Of a stretch of 64,000 nt of DNA, positions 57,349-64,000 are shown one piece after another. The notes beneath the pieces were generated by a model. It had not been told where the DNA came from. It saw nothing but the letters and a program-made list of their open reading frames with translations, and did no database searches. Every line of letters starts with the position of its first letter. Position 1 is the stretch's first letter. The DNA is from the human T2T-CHM13v2.0 reference genome, Homo sapiens. Both the position numbers and the translations under genes were made by a program. The DNA is taken from assembly GCF_009914755.1 (NCBI RefSeq), contig NC_060943.1, one strand, 5' to 3'.

Positions 57349-58899
57349 GCTCTCCCTCTCCCTCTCCCTCTCCTTCTCCCGACGGTCTCCCTCTCCCTCT
57401 CTTTCCACGGTCTCCCTCTGATGCCAAGCTGAAGCTGGACTGTACTGCTGCCATCTCGGCTCACTGCAACCTCCCTGCTGATTCTCCTGCCTCAGCCTGC
57501 CGAGTGCCTGCGATTGCAGGCGCGTGCCGCCACGCCTGACTGGTTTTCGTATTTTTTGGTGGAGACGGGGTTTCGTGTGTTGGCCGGGCTGGTTTCCTGC
57601 TCCTAACCACGAGTGATCTGCCAGCCTCGGCCTCCTGAGGTGCCGGGATTGCAGACGGAGTCTTGTTCACTCAGTGCTCAATGGTGCCCAGGCTAGAGTG
57701 CAGTGGCGTGATCTCGGCTCGCTACAACCTCCACCTCCCAGCCGCCTGCCTTGGCCTCCCAAAGTGCCGAGATTGCAGCCTCTGCCTGGCCGCCACCCCG
57801 TCTGGGAAGTGAAGAGCGTCTCTGCCTGGCCGCCCATGGTCTGGGATGTGAGGAGCCCCTCTGCCTGGCTGCCCAGTCTGGAAAGTGAGGAGCACCTCTT
57901 CCCGGCTGCCATCCCATCTAGGAAGTGAGGAGCGTCTCTGCCCGGCCGCCCATCGTCTGAGATGTGGGGAGCGCCTCTGCCCTGCCGCCCCGTCTGGGAT
58001 GTGAGGAGCATCTCTGCCCGGCTGCCCTGTGTGAGAAGTGAGGAGACCCTCTGCCTGGCAACCGCCCTGTCTGAGAAGTGAGGAGCCCCTCCGCCCAGCA
58101 GCTGCCCCGTCTGAGAAGTGAGGAGCCCCTCCACCCGGCAGCCACCCCGTCTGGGAAGTGAGGAGCGTCTCCACCCGGCAGCCACCCCGTCCGGGAGGGA
58201 GGTGGGGGGGTCAGCCCCCCGCCCGGCCAGCCGCCCCATCTGGGAGGTGAGGGGCGCCTCTGCCCGGCCGCCCCTACTGGGAAGTGGGGAGCCCCTCTGC
58301 CCGGCCACCACCCCATCTGGGAGGTGTACCCAACAGCTCATTGAGAACGGGCCATGATGACAATGGCGGTTTTGTGGAATAGAAAGGCGGGAAAGGTGGG
58401 GAAAAGATTGAGAAATCGGATGGTTGCCGTGTCTGTGTAGAAAGAGGTAGACATGGGAGACTTTTCATTTTGTTCTGTACTAAGAAAAATTCTTCTGCCT
58501 TGGGATGCTGTTGATCTATGACCTTACCCCCAACCCTGTGCTCTCTGAAACATGTGCTGTGTCCACTCAGGGTTAAATGGATTAAGGGCGGTGCAAGATG
58601 TGCTTTGTTAAACAGATGCTTGAAGGCAGCATGCTCGTTAAGAGTCATCACCACTCCCTAATCTCAAGTACCCAGGGACACAAACACTGCGGAAGGCCGC
58701 AGGGTCCTCTGCCTAGGAAAACCAGAGACCTTTGTTCACTTGTTTATCTGCTGACTTTCCCTCCACTATTGTCCTGTGACCCTGCCAAATCCCCCTCTGT
58801 GAGAAACACCCAAGAATGATCAATAAAAAGAAAAAAAAGAAAAAAAGAACTTTCCAACTATAAAAAATAAATAAATAAATAAATAAAAAATAAAAAAAA
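57349..58899 (+). mobile_element. Full-length SVA (SVA_C/D-like) with a double A-tail
   Basis: Short (CCCTCT)n, Alu-like domain, VNTR, SINE-R, AATAAA 58822; TSD gaac(a)tttttttg at 57336-57348 and 58900-58911. Confidence 0.93.
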
Positions 58900-59019
58900 G
58901 AACTTTTTTTGTACAACATATAATCCTGAGAAGACAATCAAAACTTTATGTACATTTTGGCTACCTGAAGGGCCATCTAAACATTTATACAGAAACATTT
59001 ATTTAACTGTCACTGTGTT

Positions 59020-59320
59020 TTTTGTTTCTTGTTTGAGATGGAGTCTCACTTTGTCACCCAGGCTAGAGTGCAGTGGTGCAATCTCAGCTCACTGCAACCT
59101 CTGCATCTCCAGTTCAAGTGATTCTCCTGTCTCAGCTTCCTGAGTAGCTGAGATTACTAGTGCATGCTACCATTCCCAGCTAGTTTTTGTATTTTTAGTA
59201 GAGACAGAGTTTCACCATCTTTGCCAGGCTGGTCTCGACTCAAGTTCTGCCAGGCCAAACTCCACCCACCTCAGCCTCCCAAAATGCTGGGATTACAGGC
59301 GTGAGCCACCATGCCTGGCC
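59020..59320 (-). mobile_element. AluS
   Basis: Reverse Alu consensus. Confidence 0.88.
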
Positions 59321-59329
59321 AATTGTTAC

Positions 59330-61600
59330 TTTTAATGCATGTCTTCTGTTAGTATAAAAGCTTTCTCATGCAAGAAGTTTGATGTTACAACAATAGCTAA
59401 AAGAATATTAGAAAATATGTTTTCCTCATGGAACATTTCTGAAAAAGTCTCATAGGATAAAGATACTCATTTCACTAGACAAGTCGTAAAACTGTTAAAT
59501 AAGGCATTAAAGATACAATATTATTGAGCAAAACTAAATTGACTGGATTGCCTTTGTAGTTGCAGATTGATGACAATCAGATCTATTAAGAGTGGAAAAA
59601 ATGTGTTGACCCTTCTAAAATAGTTACTGGAAAGCCTATGCATGTAATAATAGAACCTCATGTATCTTCTGCTACTGAAGTCTATTATTACTAAATGCAG
59701 CAAGTCCTTAATCCATTATGACAAAGCATATTTTCACAAGGTAAATAAAGCTTTGCTTTTTTTTTTACAGTCTCACTCTGGCACCCAGGGTGCAGTGGCA
59801 TGATCTCGACTAACTGCATCTTCCACCTCCCAGGTTCAGTGATTCTCATTCCTCAGCCTCCAGAGTAGCTGGGATTACATACATGCACCACCACTCCTGT
59901 CTATTTTTTGTATTTTTAGTAGAGACAGGGTTTCTCCATGTTGGCCAGGCTAGGCTGGTTTCAAACTCCTGGCCTCCAGGGATCTACCCACCTTGGCCAC
60001 CAAAAGTGCAGGGATTATAGTCATGAGCCACTACACCTGGCCACTACTTACTCAGGGTAGTAAAACCTTTTATAATCTAAAATCAAGACATTGAGTCTGC
60101 TTGCCATCTACACTGCAGCAAGACTTGGACCCTTGAAATTTGGGTTTATAATGTCACAACTCAGAAGAACCCCTCTAAACTCTTGCGATTGTATACCCTT
60201 TGGAGATCTTAAGGGAAAGCTAACCAGAGAAGTTTATCTTTAAAAACAAATGGCAACTTTGATATAGATAGCTTTTTTTACAAGATCAAAAATGAAGACA
60301 TGTCTGCTATTATGACACTCTTAGTTGACAAATTTTTTTCTCATGGCTCCACAAACAACAGAAATCAAAAAGAAATCTCTCATGTGCACTCATGGGGGTA
60401 TTCTTTTATATGTAGAGAATTTTGCAGCCAGCTTTACATATGAGGTTTCTTACCCACATTAAGAAAGAAATTTTAATGAGACATTTGCTGCCTCATAATA
60501 TCAGAAACAAAATATTGGTCTACTGCTCTTAACCTACTTCATAACTTAAAGGGAACTTCTTCAGAATAGGTTAAAGAGCATTGCCAAGGGCCATTCGACT
60601 TCTGAATGGGCATTGTTTGTTAGGTTCTCCCCACACCCCGCATGGAGTAGAGTAAATGAGGCAATGATTAGAAATGTATTTTCCATAATAGGCTCTATAA
60701 CAGATTTTACTGCAAAGGCTATGGTTATACAATAGACTTTAAATTTTCTTACTAAAGTTTTGCTAAATAATAGAATTTCTCTAAATTACTGAATAAACAG
60801 AAAAGTATCTGTGCAGTTGCTAATATTTGTAGTTGCACATGGAGAAATACATTAGGTACTACATAGATTAAATTGCAGGGGATTAATAAAGAGGCTGCTT
60901 TGTTTAAATGAATAGAACATTTATCTAACTAATTATTTGATCTATTTAATTTTAGTTGGTTTGTTCATGGGGACCCTGGCTAAAAACATACTTCAAACTC
61001 TTGGTGTTATCCTCTTTATAGTAAAAATGGTAGTTTCTCTGCCACACTCTATTCTCTCAAAAGTTATAAATGTTTGAATGCAGTCATCTGTACAATATCA
61101 GATGGTCTATGTTTAACTGGAATGAAAAAACCTCAAAGGCACATACGACCATGAGGACACCATAACCTATGAATGACATGGTATTAAAAAAAAAAAAACT
61201 CAAAATAATGAAAACTGAGAGTGGCACTACGGCCCTGAATTTTGGTCACACTCTTACCTACATGAGAACTTAACCAAAATGGGAGGAGGGGATATCTAAA
61301 ATAAAATTACTGGAGGCCTTCATTCTGAACTAAGCTTGTGCACTAGGCACAGAGCAAACCAAAATGGAGTCACTTATGCTAAATGTGATGTAATCAAACT
61401 TAAAATTTAAGAAAATAGATTCTAAAACAGGCCAAGTTTTGTTTTCTGTAAACAGCAGATGTAAACACAAGGAGGTCCCCTCTATTGTAATTATTTAAAA
61501 AAATAATAACCTGAAGTCGTTGTTTCCACTTAAAAAACCCACAGTTCTGGTATTTCACAGTGGAATTTGAGACTAAATAAGTACATTTTTGATGGTGACA
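59330..61600 (+). mobile_element. Highly decayed MER4-group ERV internal region (env TM relic ~60650-61100) and LTR remnant ~61300-61600
   Basis: cttactaaagttttgctaaataatagaatttctctaaattac reads LTKVLLNNRISLNY (immunosuppressive-domain-like); aaaccaaaatggagtcacttatgct LTR motif. Confidence 0.5.
59755..60041 (-). mobile_element. Alu (old S/J)
   Basis: Reverse Alu consensus. Confidence 0.85.
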
Positions 61601-61788
61601 GAGAAATATCAATGTCTAAAGTTTGGATCTGTTTCTCAAAATTGAGAAAATAACTAAAAAAGAGAAAATGTTAATTATAGCCTAATGCTGCCCCCTTTCA
61701 TGTTTAATTTTGGTCAATAGGTCATTTTGTACACAGTATACTAAAACCACACCGTATATGTAAGTAGACTGTAACCCATTCTTGTACC

Positions 61789-64000
<2,212 letters not shown>

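Overview
Human/primate genomic DNA from a KRAB zinc-finger cluster, recognisable from memory as the ZNF730 locus (19p12, ZNF91 subfamily). The only intact protein-coding gene is on the + strand. It has a CpG-island promoter, an ATG-only exon 1 (2291-2293), a KRAB-A exon (19201-19327), a KRAB-B exon (21065-21160) and a finger exon (30084-31369). These splice to 1512 nt, or 503 aa, with 10 intact and 3 degenerate C2H2 fingers; decayed fingers continue past the stop. The rest of the window is almost all retroelement-derived. Intron 1 holds a nested stack: a full-length THE1 LTR element contains an RPL5 retrocopy, which is split by an antisense SNX6 retrocopy, and each layer has its own target-site duplication (TSD). 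Intron 2 holds a young sense-strand SVA. Downstream of the gene are two divergent old L1s, an LTR2-flanked mosaic (Harlequin/HERV-E-type) provirus carrying an SVA and an AluY, a MER11 solo LTR, MER4-group ERV remnants, a third SVA with a short 3' transduction, and the 5' part of a HERV-H (LTR7C-like, Phe-type PBS). In that HERV-H an internal L1 ORF2 fragment stands where gag should be. I see no evidence of a wholly new biological system. The most notable items are the nested retrocopies, the SVA that could terminate a KRAB-only transcript, and the L1 patch in HERV-H. Repeat subfamily names and gene symbols are from recall, not database searches.
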